Shown here: piece by piece, positions 24,133 to 38,247 of the stretch
How the letters are laid out: each line of letters starts with the position of its first letter
Numbering within the stretch: the first letter of the stretch is position 1
Assembly: GCA_040954595.2 (NCBI GenBank)
Contig: CM082576.2
Span: 7,009,129 to 7,073,128, forward strand
Length of the DNA stretch: 64,000 nt
From: Balanoglossus misakiensis
Taxonomy: Eukaryota; Animalia; Hemichordata
Direction of reading: 5' to 3'
Notes under the pieces: model-generated
The model's database searches: none
Seen by the model: only the letters and a program-made list of their open reading frames with translations
What the model was told of the DNA's origin: nothing
Made by a program: the position numbers and the translations under genes

Positions 24133-27100
24133 TTCATGGCAGATGCCTCCAAAAAAAACCAACAAGTCATGCTTGGGACCAGCTACACCCGTGATTCAAA
24201 CAGATCCTCAGTCCAGCAAGAGGTCTACAGCTTTCTTGACTGACAGATATCCACTGCATGGACCTTTTTTATTGGCCAGTGGAATTGACTGCTAACATGC
24301 ATAAGCAGGACGGAATATCGAAGAATGTCCTGATTGATGTTTGTTTTCTAAAAATTGTTACCGTGGTACGTGATGTACATAGTCCTTTGATTGGCAACAG
24401 TGTACCGGACAACTTGCAACCGCGTGATCGCTGAAACGACTACATTCTTGATTCACTAAGACGCTGTGGAGGCAGAAACTGAACTGTATTGCGTTTATCC
24501 AACTTCTCAGATGAACATTATATGGATGACCGGGAAGTGGATAAAATTCGCAACAAGTTGTGCACATCCAGTGGTCTGGTTGAACTTGGTGCGGAACTAT
24601 GAGAGACATGGTCCGGGAGACATGTTGATAAAATGAAAGCACCCATGAAGCTTGTAGGATATTTTATTGTATTTAGGCGTAACTTCCTGTAGACAGTACC
24701 TGTATAGCACAATATAACAAATAATCTGAGAATATGTAAAGAATATTTTTAAAGTACACTCGCGCAGTGTTGCCTTGAATTTGGAGTTATTGTAATATAC
24801 GTGAAATGTAACAGACAGCTCTTTGTAGTCTTTTGAGCCATGGATGCATCTGCCTTTCGAAGAAAATTTAAATTTTGAAGTCAAACCACCGACATTTTGA
24901 TTGTGAAACGCTGTTTAATATTAATATAATGCATCTGTGCAAGACTTGAAAATATGAAGGCATGCTCGTAACTGGGCTGTAGAGGGCGCCACAGCACAGC
25001 AAACCCAAGGCATTACTCGGACCTTGCATTGCAGATGAGAACTGCCACTTTGCTAATTTTTTATAAAACTTTGAAAGAAAAATTCTAAGTTTTAAATGTC
25101 TTTCAAAGATTGATAATCTCAATTATTCTTTTATGCAATTTGAATGTTATTCAAGAGAAATTAAGCAGAGCATACTTGTTTATACAAGCCATTGTTTTTT
25201 TAAATTTGTCATAAATTTTAATAACCAAAGCTGTGCCAGTTTTTATGTGATTGCCCAGAGTTAGTGGATATAAAAGTCAGAAAATTTCATTGAGTTTATT
25301 TTCATTATGATCCCTGGTTTTTTAATCAGTTGCATATTTTAATTAAAAGAATTCATAGCATATACAGTGTAAATAACCCCAGATTTATATATACGTTGCC
25401 ATTTTCAAGAAAAGGAAATTTTTATTTCTTAATGCCAGGTTATGCATTGTCACTGAGCTGGACACATTTACTCTATGCATACATTTCAAATGTATTTAAT
25501 ATAACCCAGATAGCTCCCCATGTTGGAGGAATTCAAATGTCTTTCGATAAAATGAGACAAAATATTAGATTATCAAACGCCTGACAGATGATGTATTTGT
25601 TATAAGCATAGCAGGGAGGTATAGAAACAATTTATAAAGTCAGTATGGAATTTTTCACTCTCAAAATTTGGAAGAGCTAGTTTTGACATTTCTATTGTGT
25701 AACCCACCGAATGTTATACAAATTTGCATAATGTCAGCAGTATTGAGTTTCGTTCAGCATATGGATTTGCGATATAGAGTGCTTCACAGATGGGGGGGGG
25801 GGGGTTGGTGGTTGATAGGTAAAGACAGCTTTACTGTTCGTTGAATGAGTAAAACTCCCTTACCGATTGTGGGTAGTGTATCTATTGCCTGCATCAGTAA
25901 ATTAATCCGTAAAGACAGATTTACATCAGTTTTCAGATCTTCTTTCCCCCCCCCCCTCAATGTTTCCCTTTTTAACGCATATCAACAGATAATACACAAG
26001 AAGAGTTTAACCACCTCTGATCAATTTGACCTAATCATTGCAGACACTGTATTATCAACAAGACCAGTGTTACATTTGCTAGTATATACTTTCATGTATC
26101 TTTTTTTAAAATCCTGTAAGTACTTACCTACTCAACTATTAACCAACCAAATTCGATCTTCCATAAGAACCATAGCAACAGCCAATCAGGGTCCTTGAAG
26201 GCTATTGTTTCCATGGTGAAAATATCTCCACTGTCAACACAATTCATTGAACCGAAATACATTTACTCAACTCGTACATATTATTGGGCACTAACTTGCA
26301 TATGGTTTTATTCCAGAATTATAAAATATCAAGAATTTTCAACCGAAGGATTTTTAATTGGTCACAAAATATTCAATACAAGAAGTAAAATATTACATTC
26401 ATTTGTACAGTATGAACTATATGTGAAGGGTTTTTTGGTTTCATTCACTAAACTGTTGCTGCCATATAAAAAACTAAAACTGGAACTGCTTCACATCATG
26501 TAGACTACCTGTTGCAGGTGGACTAGAGAATCTTTACATTTGCACTTATGATATTGACATATTTTACACTGCTTCCTTTATGGGCTATCTTTTCTGAAGA
26601 GCAACTTTTTAAATCCATAATATGTGTATGTACCTGTGTTTCTGTGCGTATTTTTGTACAAACTGAACGAGAATGATTTTGAATCCCTTAAAGCAGCTGC
26701 TTCTATTTTCACAGATGTGTGAGGATTTAATTTCTCATATTTTTAAGAAAATCACAGCAAAACAAATCAAGTGTTTAATAGAAACCGGAAGTGCAAGTGT
26801 TTGGCAGGTGTAATGGAGGGAAAAAAATATTCATGTCTCCTTATGAAGGAGTGGAAGCAATCGCATGATAGATGACAGAAATGGTTAACATTTTGAGGTA
26901 GAAATAGACAGGAGAGAGACTCTAGGGGAAAAACATCATGAATGAGACAATTATGGTCACAGTAAATCATTGAAAATGACAACAAAGTAATCAGTAGCAA
27001 GATTTTTTTATTCAACAGAGCTTGCATTTTTGTACTTTCTATAAAATCATACACGAAGATATTACACTAGAACTGAATTGGTACAATGTGAAAGTAGCTA

Positions 27101-27667
27101 TAAGCTGGTGGCTGTGAATGCTGAGAATGTTTTCAGCTGTCACAAAATAAAATTGGTTTTATAACTAGACATGTTGTGCTGTGTGGATATAGATTTTATT
27201 CCCAGATATGCTGCTTTCTTGTGCGAATCACTCTGGTTTTACCAGAATTAATTACGTTGAAAAAATGAAATGATGGAATAAAAATAGTCTCTATAGTCTG
27301 TAACTGACATGGCCATCATAGCTGAGACATTACACACAACATGTTCAGTATTAAAAGCTGTAAAGTTTTCTCAAAGCTAGTAATACTAGTAATTTCATCA
27401 GTGATTGGAATTTATTATCATGACATTAATACACCACATTGTAGAAAATGTATAGGACACACACAGTGGATTTTGAGACCACAAAAGGTCTGTGAACCAT
27501 TTATTTGTATTTCCTTGTGAGGCAAGTTCACATTGTCCATATTTCTTTAAAAACATCAAGTATTAAATAATGCAAATATCAATTTTTAAGGATAAGTTAG
27601 ATTGAGAACTTGGTACATGTATTGCTGTACAACACTGAGGGCGCAATTTGATGTCAGTGGAGGGTCA

Positions 27668-30600
27668 TCATGACCTGGCAAGACGTTGCAATTGAAGGAG
27701 ATCGTGTAAATGACGGCGGTAAAACTCTCTCAGAGTCAGCTTTTCATCGAATGGGAAACTTCTGTACGTGCCAAGACCTATAAAAGTGAATGACATAAAA
27801 AATGAAGTTATTTATGTTCAAAGTGAAGTCGACATAATATTTTCCTAAAATTTCTCAAAACATCAGACGGAACACTGGCAAGAACAAGCGTTCAATTGTT
27901 GAATAAGAGCCAAAAATCCCAGAGTGGCCTATTAAGTTACTCACCTGGGATGACAACATGAAACAAGTAACTTTCAGTCTCTGAGATGTGGTGTTTGGGC
28001 TGTATGATTAACAGACGGCCAATGAGGACAATGATTGGCTGTTTGCTGTCAGGTGACTTTGACAGGAATGGCAGACACAAGCCCTGTCTCTTCACTTGCA
28101 TTCTTTCTAGAAAATATACAAATGGGTCAAAGGTCACTATGGCTCCCAGTATTCAATGTTTTAGTAACCTACGATGTCAGTACACCACAATTTACATCAT
28201 ACTTACCACTGAACTCCACTTCTAAGGAGTGACCATTGCCAGTACTGTTTGTGTCCAGGATAACAAAGTAACACTGAGTTGAGGAGGCCACAATTGTGAT
28301 GTCATCCAATGAGTTGTCCAATGCGATGGCAGACTGGGATTTCCTAAGGTCGCCATTGGTCAAATTGAAGGCACAGAGGATGTTGTCTGAGGTCAAATAT
28401 ACCAGCCAGTGGCCTACAACAGAAAGCACACATTTTTGTGAGGTGAAAAAATGTTTCACATCAACATTATTTCAAATCTAATCATATGTACAATATTTTT
28501 ATTTCGTATCACCCACCATGACGAAACTTACCTGAACACAAAAATGCTTTCACAACTTTACTTCTGAAAATAACCGATTTCCATACATTCTGTTCCAGTA
28601 AATATAACCGGGCGGAAAGAAATGAAATAAACCCAACTACATTGTGGGATAACAGTACATCGTATGTCAATGCAGAGTCACTGTTCCTGCCATCCTTCTT
28701 GGACTGTGAAATCTGCTGACATATACATGCCACCTTGTTGCCCAGTTCAATGCATGTTTCCTTTGTGTTCGTATCTGTGGGTCGAAGGTCATTTTCCTTC
28801 TTGTCAGTGCCAGTTCCTTCATGAGTCGCTTCTGTCTCACCACCAGCACAATCTGCATCTCTTTCACTGTTGTCCATTTCACACTTGGCTTCAAAGTCCT
28901 TTGCGCAATTCACAACAGCGTCACACGCTTTGATTTGCAGTTGTGGACACGAGATGCCGTGCTTGAACAGGACACTTCCGTACTCGTTTTCCAAGACCTT
29001 TTCCCAGTGTTCCGTCTGGAGCTCTGCCGACTTGGCAAGTTCTCCGCCTTGCTCCGACCTGATCCTGAGGAACCCAAACTTCTTGTTTCTGGTGAAGTAT
29101 GCCAAGCAATCCTCCTGGTTAAATCTGTGAAGAAAGGCAATGTGCAGCATTATATGCAGGCAGCCAAATTAGCCTATCTTTCCAAGCCAGACAACTGGTA
29201 GCTAATAAGTATACAAATTTCTGACCACATTTTCTCTACCTATCTGTTTGCATGCTTTCAATTGACATAACATTGTTTGTGTCTACTTACTTCACAACTG
29301 CTAACCCCTTCACGTAGTCACCCCCACTGCACACCGCGCACTGTTTGACAGTTCCAGTTTCTATGCAGTACACCCAAATCACGGAACCGGTTTTGGTGGG
29401 ATTGCAAAGGCTGCAGAAAAAAACAAGACACATTTATGAACTGAGGATACAGTCAGCACTGAATGAATTGTCTTTCTATTGTCTGTATAATGCTTCAGTT
29501 GGACATTTTCAACAAGAGAAAAAAAACACTTTGAATAAAACACTGAAGAGAGTGTGAATAAAACATTCACCTGAAGTACTTATCATGATGTGACCAAGCA
29601 ACCAGTGTACCTGGCAACGTTCCATCCACTTTCTCAATTGGAGAATTCAGGTTATATTCCACTTGCGTCCACAGAAACTTGTCTTCTTCAGAATGCTACA
29701 CAGATGGAGAATTTTTGACACAGAAATATTTGGTTACATCCACTATCTAAGTATTACAGAACTTCATGACCTCTGCACTCGAGCTGTGCCATACAGAAGT
29801 TATTTTCACGAGTGATGTGGTGTATTCTGCGGCAGTACTTTCACGAGCGCAGTCATTTGACGGCATACATGGCAAAATAAATGTCCTAGGCAGTCCAGGA
29901 GTAAATTTTGTGCCGTCAGGACTTTTCCACGGAGTAATATCTGCACCATCCACTGTCAGTTATATTTACACAGAATGCGGATCAGACAAAGTGAACGTAC
30001 CAAGTGAAAGACATAAAATGACCCATCCCAGCAAGACACAGCGGCTTTCTTGCTATCTTCAGAGAATTCCACGCTTGTGATCCTCAGCGTTCTCAGATGA
30101 AGGAACCAGAAATCTGAACAAATTTCACAGAATACATCATGAAGATTATTCACTCTGTGAATTCATGTAATAACTGCACATTTTATACATTGTGTAACAA
30201 ACAAACAGCAATCATAGTGGACAGGGCATTGTGCTGAGTTTTAATCACTGATTCAGTAAAAAGGCTGTTGTGTGAAAATGATGTCATTATGTAAATATAC
30301 CCGGTACTTACCTTTTTGTTCATCCATTTCTTCTTTAATTTTCCAAATTCCAAAATGTCCATCCATAGCTGCCTGGAAATGATCATTAATATGATGCAGT
30401 GTGTGATACAGGTTCCACTTTCAGGAATTGAAAAAAATCTCATGTGATGTTAATTCGGGCAGTTAAAAAGTTTTGCAGCCATTTTCAATTTCAAAATACA
30501 TGTGATGTACTTGAAAATATTGCAAGAGTTAGACACCTAAATTTCTTTGTTATCTTGTGAAAATATAAAAGTTGAAAGTTGTTTGCTCACCACTGCCAAA

Positions 30601-31648
30601 TATCGGCCATCAGATGAACACCGGACATGGGCTATGGGAAGTTCCAGGTGTAGAGAGAGAACATCCAGAACGTTACACCGACCATCATCACCATCAACAG
30701 CATAGGTGTGTATCTCTACACCATTGGGACCAGCTAGTATGATTTGATACTGTCATGAAGGCAAAGGGGAAATATACATGAGGGGTTTTAACCCTTGCAC
30801 CCCCCCCCCCCCCCCCCATTTCCTTCTGTACAGGTCCAACTTCACCATAGGAAACAATGGATTTGGATCAAACCATGGTGGTTTCATCAGTACTTTCTTC
30901 ATCTCATTCTAACAGAAACCAACACTTGCCCCTTAGCAACTGACCTTATTCTCCTGGTTTCCATGGGAACAACAAATGTCAATATCTTTGGCCACGTAGT
31001 ACAAGTCCACCACCGCAATTTCTTTGAAATCCTGGCCGACCTGTTGGGGGTCAGAATAATGAATACCTAAAAAGAATGTGGCCAGCACAAACAATTTTCT
31101 TTGTCATAGTATTTTTGAACTCATTCACAACTTACCAAGTAAAGATGTAGCTTTTTCCCAGCAGCTGCAAATATTCTACCATCCGGTGACCAACTTATGC
31201 ATTCTAGACTTTCCCCTTTTGGTAGATCTAACACTTTGGCTGTATGAATCTCTGGCTCTTTTTCTGAAGAAGAAAAAAATGTGATACCATTAATAAATGT
31301 TCAGGAAAAGGGATATTTCCTAGTAAAATTTAGAAGCTTTCATCAAGGAGGATATTGTGCTTTGACAGTCATTTTACACAAAGTTCTTCATTTGCATCAT
31401 ATTTTGGTCAGTTAAAGTGGAAGCTCCCAGTCCGACCCTTCTGACCATCAAACCTGAAAAGTAAAACTACCGAAAGTGAATACTCATATACCCATACCTT
31501 CTCTCACATCAATGTTCACTATTGCAGATTGGTTGAAGTCACACAACACTGCCAGATTAGTTTTCTGAGAACTCCTCAGAGTGTTGATCAACAGAGCGGC
31601 TGGAGGCGGAATCTTGCCAACTTTTGACTTCAGGTTTTCAAGTTCCAT
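27668..31648 (-). CDS. Uncharacterised WD40/beta-propeller protein (~620 aa, ~11 exons)
   Basis: ATG at 31648 (MELENLKSKVGKIPPP). In-phase exons give WD-like blades: ECISWSPDGRIFAAAGKKLHLY; IAHVRCSSDGRYLAV/AAMDGHFGIWK; ITSVEFSEDSKKAAVSCWDGSFYVFH; GTLVAWSHHDKYF. Large exon at about 29124-28532. Last exon GLGTYRSFPFDEKLTLREFYRRHLHDLLQLQRLARS*, stop at 27668-27670. Internal boundaries are approximate. Confidence 0.75.
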
Positions 31649-31649
31649 C

Positions 31650-32671
31650 TCCTCGGCTCAAGTCGAGGAATAGTGATCATGAAGAATTACAACACAGCTT
31701 TCCGATACGATTCTAACCAGGCTGCAGGCCTTTGGTGAACTCTTAATAACGCCAGCCTGACCTCCTGACCGCTGCCTGACCCCTACTTGAGGTAGGAGGT
31801 CACCAAAAGAGGGCGCATAGGAGGTCAGACGGCAGCATGAGCTAGCTGTAGCATGAGCAGCTTGCAAGAGCCATGTCACACGTGAACGGTATGTCAAAAC
31901 AGACCCCGCGCCATTTATTGGCTGAACTACTGAATTTACGTTCATTTAATACACGGCTTGGTCGTCCGGTCGCCCCTACTCAAGGAGAGAATTGTAAAAA
32001 TGCAAAAAATGCGCGCAGCGGAAAGAAAATTAAGTTCGTCCCGAGACACATTTTGCTCCAGGATCGGCGCGGGTACTACATTTAATCGTCACGGAGAGTG
32101 TGGTACACAAATGAAACCAAACCAAACTCTCTGACATAAGGCGCCATGAACATGTACATCAGTCCCTTGCCTTGGTTACAAGGCTCTTCACTGACGCGCC
32201 CACAGCCGTTTAGCAAAGGAGAAGCACCATATGGTGTTCATTGGACATGTACATGCATTCGGTACAGTTACTATGCTACCGCCGCCACCGGCTGTAGATT
32301 CGGCAGTGAAACGTCTTCGTCATGGCAACCCCTCTCCTAGTTGCCATGGCAGTGTGACATCACCGAGATCTAATACCTTCGATTTCCTTAACACATTAAT
32401 TTTATTAAATATTCAGGAGCTGGTAATAAACATAATGGATACGGAAACATGCGCAGAACCTCAGCAAACAATATAAATCGTCATTTTTCCTCAGGTGTCA
32501 CGAGGTGTGTACACAGCTACTGACGTCACAACTCCTTGTCTCATCTTTGTACCCGCAGTGAAAAATACCAAAGACGTATTTTGACGTTTTTCTCTCATTT
32601 TTAATTTTCAGTCTTCGTGGCTAGAATTCTTCTACGACATTTCGACGGGGAGGCACTGGGCAGGTATTCGG
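31650..32671. promoter_or_regulatory. Divergent promoter region between the WD40 gene and SCG5, including the putative non-coding SCG5 exon 1
   Basis: CpG-rich. RFX-like CATGGCAAC/GTTGCCATGGCAG at about 32321-32352, CRE TGACGTCA at 32521-32528, donor CGG|GTAAGT at 32672. Confidence 0.55.
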
Positions 32672-33813
32672 GTAAGTGGTTCGATCACATACATATTTCT
32701 TGGTGTGTGTTTTTATCTGGTGCATGTATTCTAAGTATATTTCCCTCGAATGTCGTTCATATCAATATTGTCATCGGTTTTAAAACAAATTCATGGTAAA
32801 AATGACAATAATCGACAGTTTTTTTCACTCGATAGAAGAAATTTTCGTCATGAATGATGAAGGCTACTACACGTCTTTATCGGCCATCGTTTTTCTCATA
32901 AGTGTTCGCCATTTTGAATATATTATTCTTAATAAATGAGATTTTATTTGTTTTACACACGTAAAATAGCCGACGTCAGTTTTGCGGCGTTGAACGCAGC
33001 TATAAGACATAGTCCAAATACCCTGTAGATCTTCAACAGCGATGCCATCCGTTCTCATTATAGACAATGATACAACTGCGAATGTGGCATAGATTCCGAA
33101 AATCATTCAGGATTGCACGGCAGCGCAGTTGGGTATCAAGTTGAATGTTTTAATTGTAAACAATTTTCATGTCTATAAATTTAGATCGGTGTTTTATTCT
33201 CAAATTTGGAATATTCGCAATAGAAAATGATGCCGATAAATGTCTTTAGAATTTCCCTGTGCGTTGTTGAAGTATCGTTTTCATGGCTTCGATTCAGTGT
33301 CGAACATCTACACACTTGAAAACCTTAAATGTCGTTCGCGACAAAATGAAATAAAATTTCGTGTTACGTATAGTACATCGAAAATGCGAATATTACCATT
33401 TACATTTACGGCAATGCTAAATTACATTTCAAAGACAATTCTTACATTAAGGGCCCGGCGCCATCTTTGCTTAAAATGTGTTATTGCTAGGTTACTGCAG
33501 TTCGCACTGTCAGCTAATCATCGGGTGCCCCCAATTATGTGACGTCAACGGCAGCAACGAATTGCCATGATGTACGGTCAACGGTGTGCGAATAAAATGC
33601 GTGGCTTCCAAATTTAGAAAAAAAAACGCAGGCGACGATAATGCGCGAATCAATGATCCATTAGGCTTGCACACAGCACTGTGATTTTAATGAGAATTGA
33701 TTATTCTATATTTACATATTTTACACGTCTATTACAGGTCTTGTGAGGCTTCGTTGTTCTATCTAAGAGAAGGGAGTCTGACACACCTCACTCCGCTCAC
33801 GGCTTAAAAGAAG

Positions 33814-36800
33814 ATGATGTCAAGTCTGAAACTCGGATTCTCGTTGCTGCTGCTGGCGGCGGCGGCATCTCAGGTGCGCGCCGGTTTGGACCTGTCTCCG
33901 GCCGATCGATTGGCCCTGCGGGGGCTGCTGCTACAAGACGCCTACAACTACGGAACGCGAGAGGACGAGAACACAGACAGTAATGAATTACATATCCCGG
34001 CATTTACATACATATCAGGTGGGTGAATTGAAAAGGGTGCGGTTAGAGACGTTATTGGTATGAGAGTATTTACAAGAGACCCGTGAGTTCCTTTAAATTA
34101 CATGTCATCACTGCATCGCGATCGCTAATTAAGGAAATGTGTTTGTTAGGTCAGGAATATACTATTATTCATATGAATCGCCTTTTTCTCAAACCTGGAA
34201 ATAGTCTTTTCTTTCTGTCACGTACAATATTGTCATAATATCAGACAGCGTTATTAGGCTCAAACGACATATCCAAAGATGAGCTTGTGTTACCATGTCC
34301 GATCGATAGCCTTTTTTTTAAATACAGGAATTTTCGATTAAAATTCTGAACTCAATTGTGAAACAAGAAATATACAAGTAAATAATTTTACACGTATATT
34401 TGAGTACGCACCAAAAAATGGCCGCCCACGACGTACAGGAAATTGGACATGCATCGATAAGGGATCATGAAGCAATAGTGGTTATGTTAATGAAAATGCG
34501 CGTTAAAGTATAACGATTCATTCAGACAATGCTCTTATGGAAAAAATAAGAATGATGATGCTATAAGTATAAAAGAGTCTCCGACTAAACAATTATTTCT
34601 CTTTCTGACGAAGGTGGAGCGGGAGAAGGCAAACAGAAGATCGGCCCCGCCAATTTCCCCAGTGCGCAGATGGCCGTACCGGAAATAGACTCGCAAAAAT
34701 ACCAAGTCCCGCCAAATCCCTGTGTACCTGGTAGAGGTATAGGAGGTAAGAATCGATTTTCTTTGTAAAGATAAACTTTAAATTTAACAGGTACAATGTA
34801 TGGTCACCTCTAAATTACATATGCCTATCTATGCCCGTATTTGGTCAAAACGTGTCTTACTGTCACCCACCGAAAATCTGCGATAGGTTTTATTTGAATT
34901 TTCCATGGTAACAGTGGTTAAATTTGCATATTTCGCTCCTCCACCCGTTTTTATTACTGAGTGGGATTGTAATAATTTCTCATATCCATCCACCCTTTGT
35001 TGTGCCATCCCAGTGTTTATTATGGTATATCCTGTTGTTTGTCCGGCTGAAGCCAATAATTATGACGGTGTGCGGAATACTGCCAATCACCTCAGTATGG
35101 GTGGTCGAATATGTGTATTACTATTGGTCCATATTTAGAAACGTCCTCGTTTGGTATAAATTGAAAATGCAGTGCAAAATACGTTAAATTACTATTCAAT
35201 AACAAAATCATCATTGCCACCGCTGCCACCGATGTAAGACAGACAGCCTCACTCAGGCGGGTCAGAGTTGTAAAGTGGCAATACACTCAACACGTGCTCC
35301 AGCTTTTATATTCGGGTACAGATGTTGAGGTCTAATATGCAAATTAAAAGGGCCCACAAATAAGAGGTGATTGTCTTTTGAGATGCTAATTTAAAGTCTT
35401 ACATTATTTTGTTCCAGACAACAAAGTCGTACACTCGCAACTGTTTGAAGGAATGAAGTGTGCTTGCAATGACTCATGGGGCGAAGATATGCAAACGGAT
35501 TGCGCCGACCCTGCAAGTGAGTAAATGAAGACATTCGAAAAGTATTGGAGACGCAGCGAAACCATGACAACAAATTTTACAAAAGCACTGACTTCCCAGT
35601 GCAGAGAGTGTCAGTATCCAATTATGAATTGCTATTCATCTGTGAATTTCGACGCTGAGACACTCGGCCAAAATCGGATTTGAAGTCAGTCGCGCCTGAC
35701 CTATAGATGTTAACAAAGTCAGACTAAGCACCGTGTTTTCTTCTATAATGTTCTGCATTCAGGTATTGGATGTTGTATACTGAACATGGAGGATGTAGAG
35801 CACTTCGTTGACTACTTTCAGTCACAACAGGGCGGCAAAGACAACGGCGATGGAATTACCAACGTTCAAAAGATCAACAAAAAGGTAATGTTAGAACGCC
35901 CTCTTCAGGCGATATGTATTATTTCTCAATGTCGTCCATGACCTATTTGAATTTCTCTCCCCACAAGATCTGTCGACATTGGATATTTATATGTGTGTGG
36001 CTGACACTTGTTATTTCCACATACTCTTAATTTATTTACGTTGGCGTTCGCCGCTTTTAAGATTTAGTTCACAAGCTACTCTATTCGTTTTCAGTGTTTA
36101 TTTTCACAAAAATCTTGAGATCGAATGTATCAGGCGTTGTTTCCCATGGAAAAGTCACCAGTCTTTAGAAAAAGTGCAGTACGTCAAAAAAATAATACAA
36201 GAGGAAGAAAAGTACACCGTGGTCGAGGAATTAATTATAATTCTGAACAGAATCAATACTGTGGTGACAAAGCTATACCGGGGAAATGTAAAGTAAACAC
36301 TTGTTAATAATAAAGGTGTCCATTTGTTACTGATATTACAGTCTGGTTAACGTCTACAGAAATAAAATTGAGCAGGGTGTGTCATTTTCCTGTAGCTGTT
36401 TAATGTAAAAGAATCGTTGAAAATTTAAAAAAAATCACTCTATTTGCAGAACATTTATCACGATGGGGTGAAGAGAGATGGTTTAGTCGCGAAGAAATCC
36501 CCACGTGTGGTCACCAAGAGGGTATGTATCTGCTGATGGTCGTTCAGTGACTTGAATAGATTTCCTTTCGAAATCACACGTGTGACACCAAAATTGTATA
36601 CGTCACCACGGGCACCACTTTTTATTACGTCACCGACATGACGTCATCTAGATTACACAGTTTCGTATAATTTCACAAGTCTCGTTGAAATTGTGTTTCT
36701 GTTTGCGAATAAGAAGAAAAACACTAGGCAAATAGGCTACGGTTAACAACTCTAGATTCATAACACTGCTAAGTTTGGTAATAATCAATTTCTGTGTCAT

Positions 36801-37465
36801 TATTCTCTCTTTTATTGCAGAATTCATACGACGTCGCTGATCGCTTTGCCAGGGTAAGTGAGAGACTATGATGACCTGAAACAGTGTATGGAATACCATT
36901 GTGAAAACAGATATAGCATTATCCAGATTTACATGAAATATTTCAGCGCCTTTATCTCATATTTCCAATAAGCACTTGTTTTAAATCGTGCATGGCGCGA
37001 TAACCCTGTGCCTGACCCGTTCACGTCAACTTTTGAGAAGGAACGGACGGTTAAGAATCGATGAAGATTTACTGACCTTAATCACATCATCAAGTGGCCA
37101 AGTTTTAGTGTTATTTCATCTGTATCAGTTAACGTCTCGTTTGGAGTGGGTCTTACACCGCCAAAGCATCCATTACAAGTGCAATATCTCTTATCTTCCC
37201 ATCTCGCTGCGGTTGACCTGAGGAGATTGATTATGGGGACTTACACAAACACCCACAAGTCCGCCCAGTGCCCCCCCCCCCCGGGGGGGGTTGACTTGCA
37301 GCAACGTGCAACCAGTCAATATTTCTCCCTTTATTTATAATAATGACGCCTTTTCCCCTTCGCTTGCAGAGATCCAACCGCTATTTGGACGGCCAAGACC
37401 AAATTCGCTCTCTGGTGGCCAAGAAATCGCCACGCTACCTGGAATCGAACGGATCATTTATGTAA
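33814..37465 (+). CDS. SCG5: Neuroendocrine protein 7B2 (secretogranin V), PC2 chaperone/inhibitor, ~219 aa
   Basis: Exons 33814-34018, 34614-34745, 35763-35884, 36450-36521, 36821-36853 and 37370-37465. Signal peptide, YISGGAGEGKQKIGP, the family motif PPNPC, and C-terminal RSNRYLDGQDQIRSLVAKKSP (compare vertebrate SVNPYLQGQRLDNVVAKKS). Confidence 0.92.
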
Positions 37466-38212
37466 TTCGATTCTGAAGAGCTTAGGCCTACTCAACACCT
37501 TCTAATTAAAAACGCCTAAAATGACTGTTCCCCTGGTTAAACCCATATGCAATGACGCGTTCACTTTCAACCAAAATACCACAACCGTTATGGTTATTGT
37601 AATTTGTCCTCAATTTAATTCTTCGATTTCAGAATCAAGGCAGAGAAAGGAAGGAAGTTAGGAACATCGAGTTTATTTGTTTTTAAAGTGGGTGGGCTTA
37701 TAAAATGATATCAGATTTACAATGTTATTCGTTACCATACGTTTGGTTTGTGTTGTATTGTTTTGTAATTTGTGTCATATTTACGTTTGACGTGCGTTAA
37801 ACTGGCATATTACGTACGTTAAATGGAAATCAACTATTATTAAGTCATACACGTAAACAAAGATACTTTATTTTTACGTAAACCACACTATAGCTAATAT
37901 CATAAGAGGGACTGTGTTCATATGTTTAGAGTGCCAACCACCGCGGAATGCCAAGGCTAGGAGAGTCTTTAGTAGAAAGGAAAATAAATCAAGAAAAGCA
38001 GTTGATTGGTTGCTTTACATTCTAGATAGCGCGCCTAACTACTAGTATACTAGTATCCTCTGTTCAAAAAGCTGTTCATACCTCTTCGCCATTTTATGTT
38101 TCCGTGGTTACTAGGTGTAGTTTGGTAAAATGCACTATGTACGCTGAAACGTTGGTATTAATGAATAGTTTTAGAAAAAAAAGCACTTGTAGGTTATTTA
38201 GGGGTTCATGTA

Positions 38213-38247
38213 TGTGTGTGTGTGTGTGTGACTGTGTGCGTGCGCGC
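38213..38247. repeat. (TG)n microsatellite
   Basis: Directly visible, degenerate at the 3' end. Confidence 0.8.

Noticed and set aside
29747-29953. ORF that could be an extra WD40 exon
   Set aside because: The flanking exons join in phase without it, and its upstream intron would be under 50 nt.
30788-30884. TTAACCCTT-starting intronic fragment resembling a piggyBac-type MITE
   Set aside because: Only one terminus is visible; it cannot be supported without a genome search.
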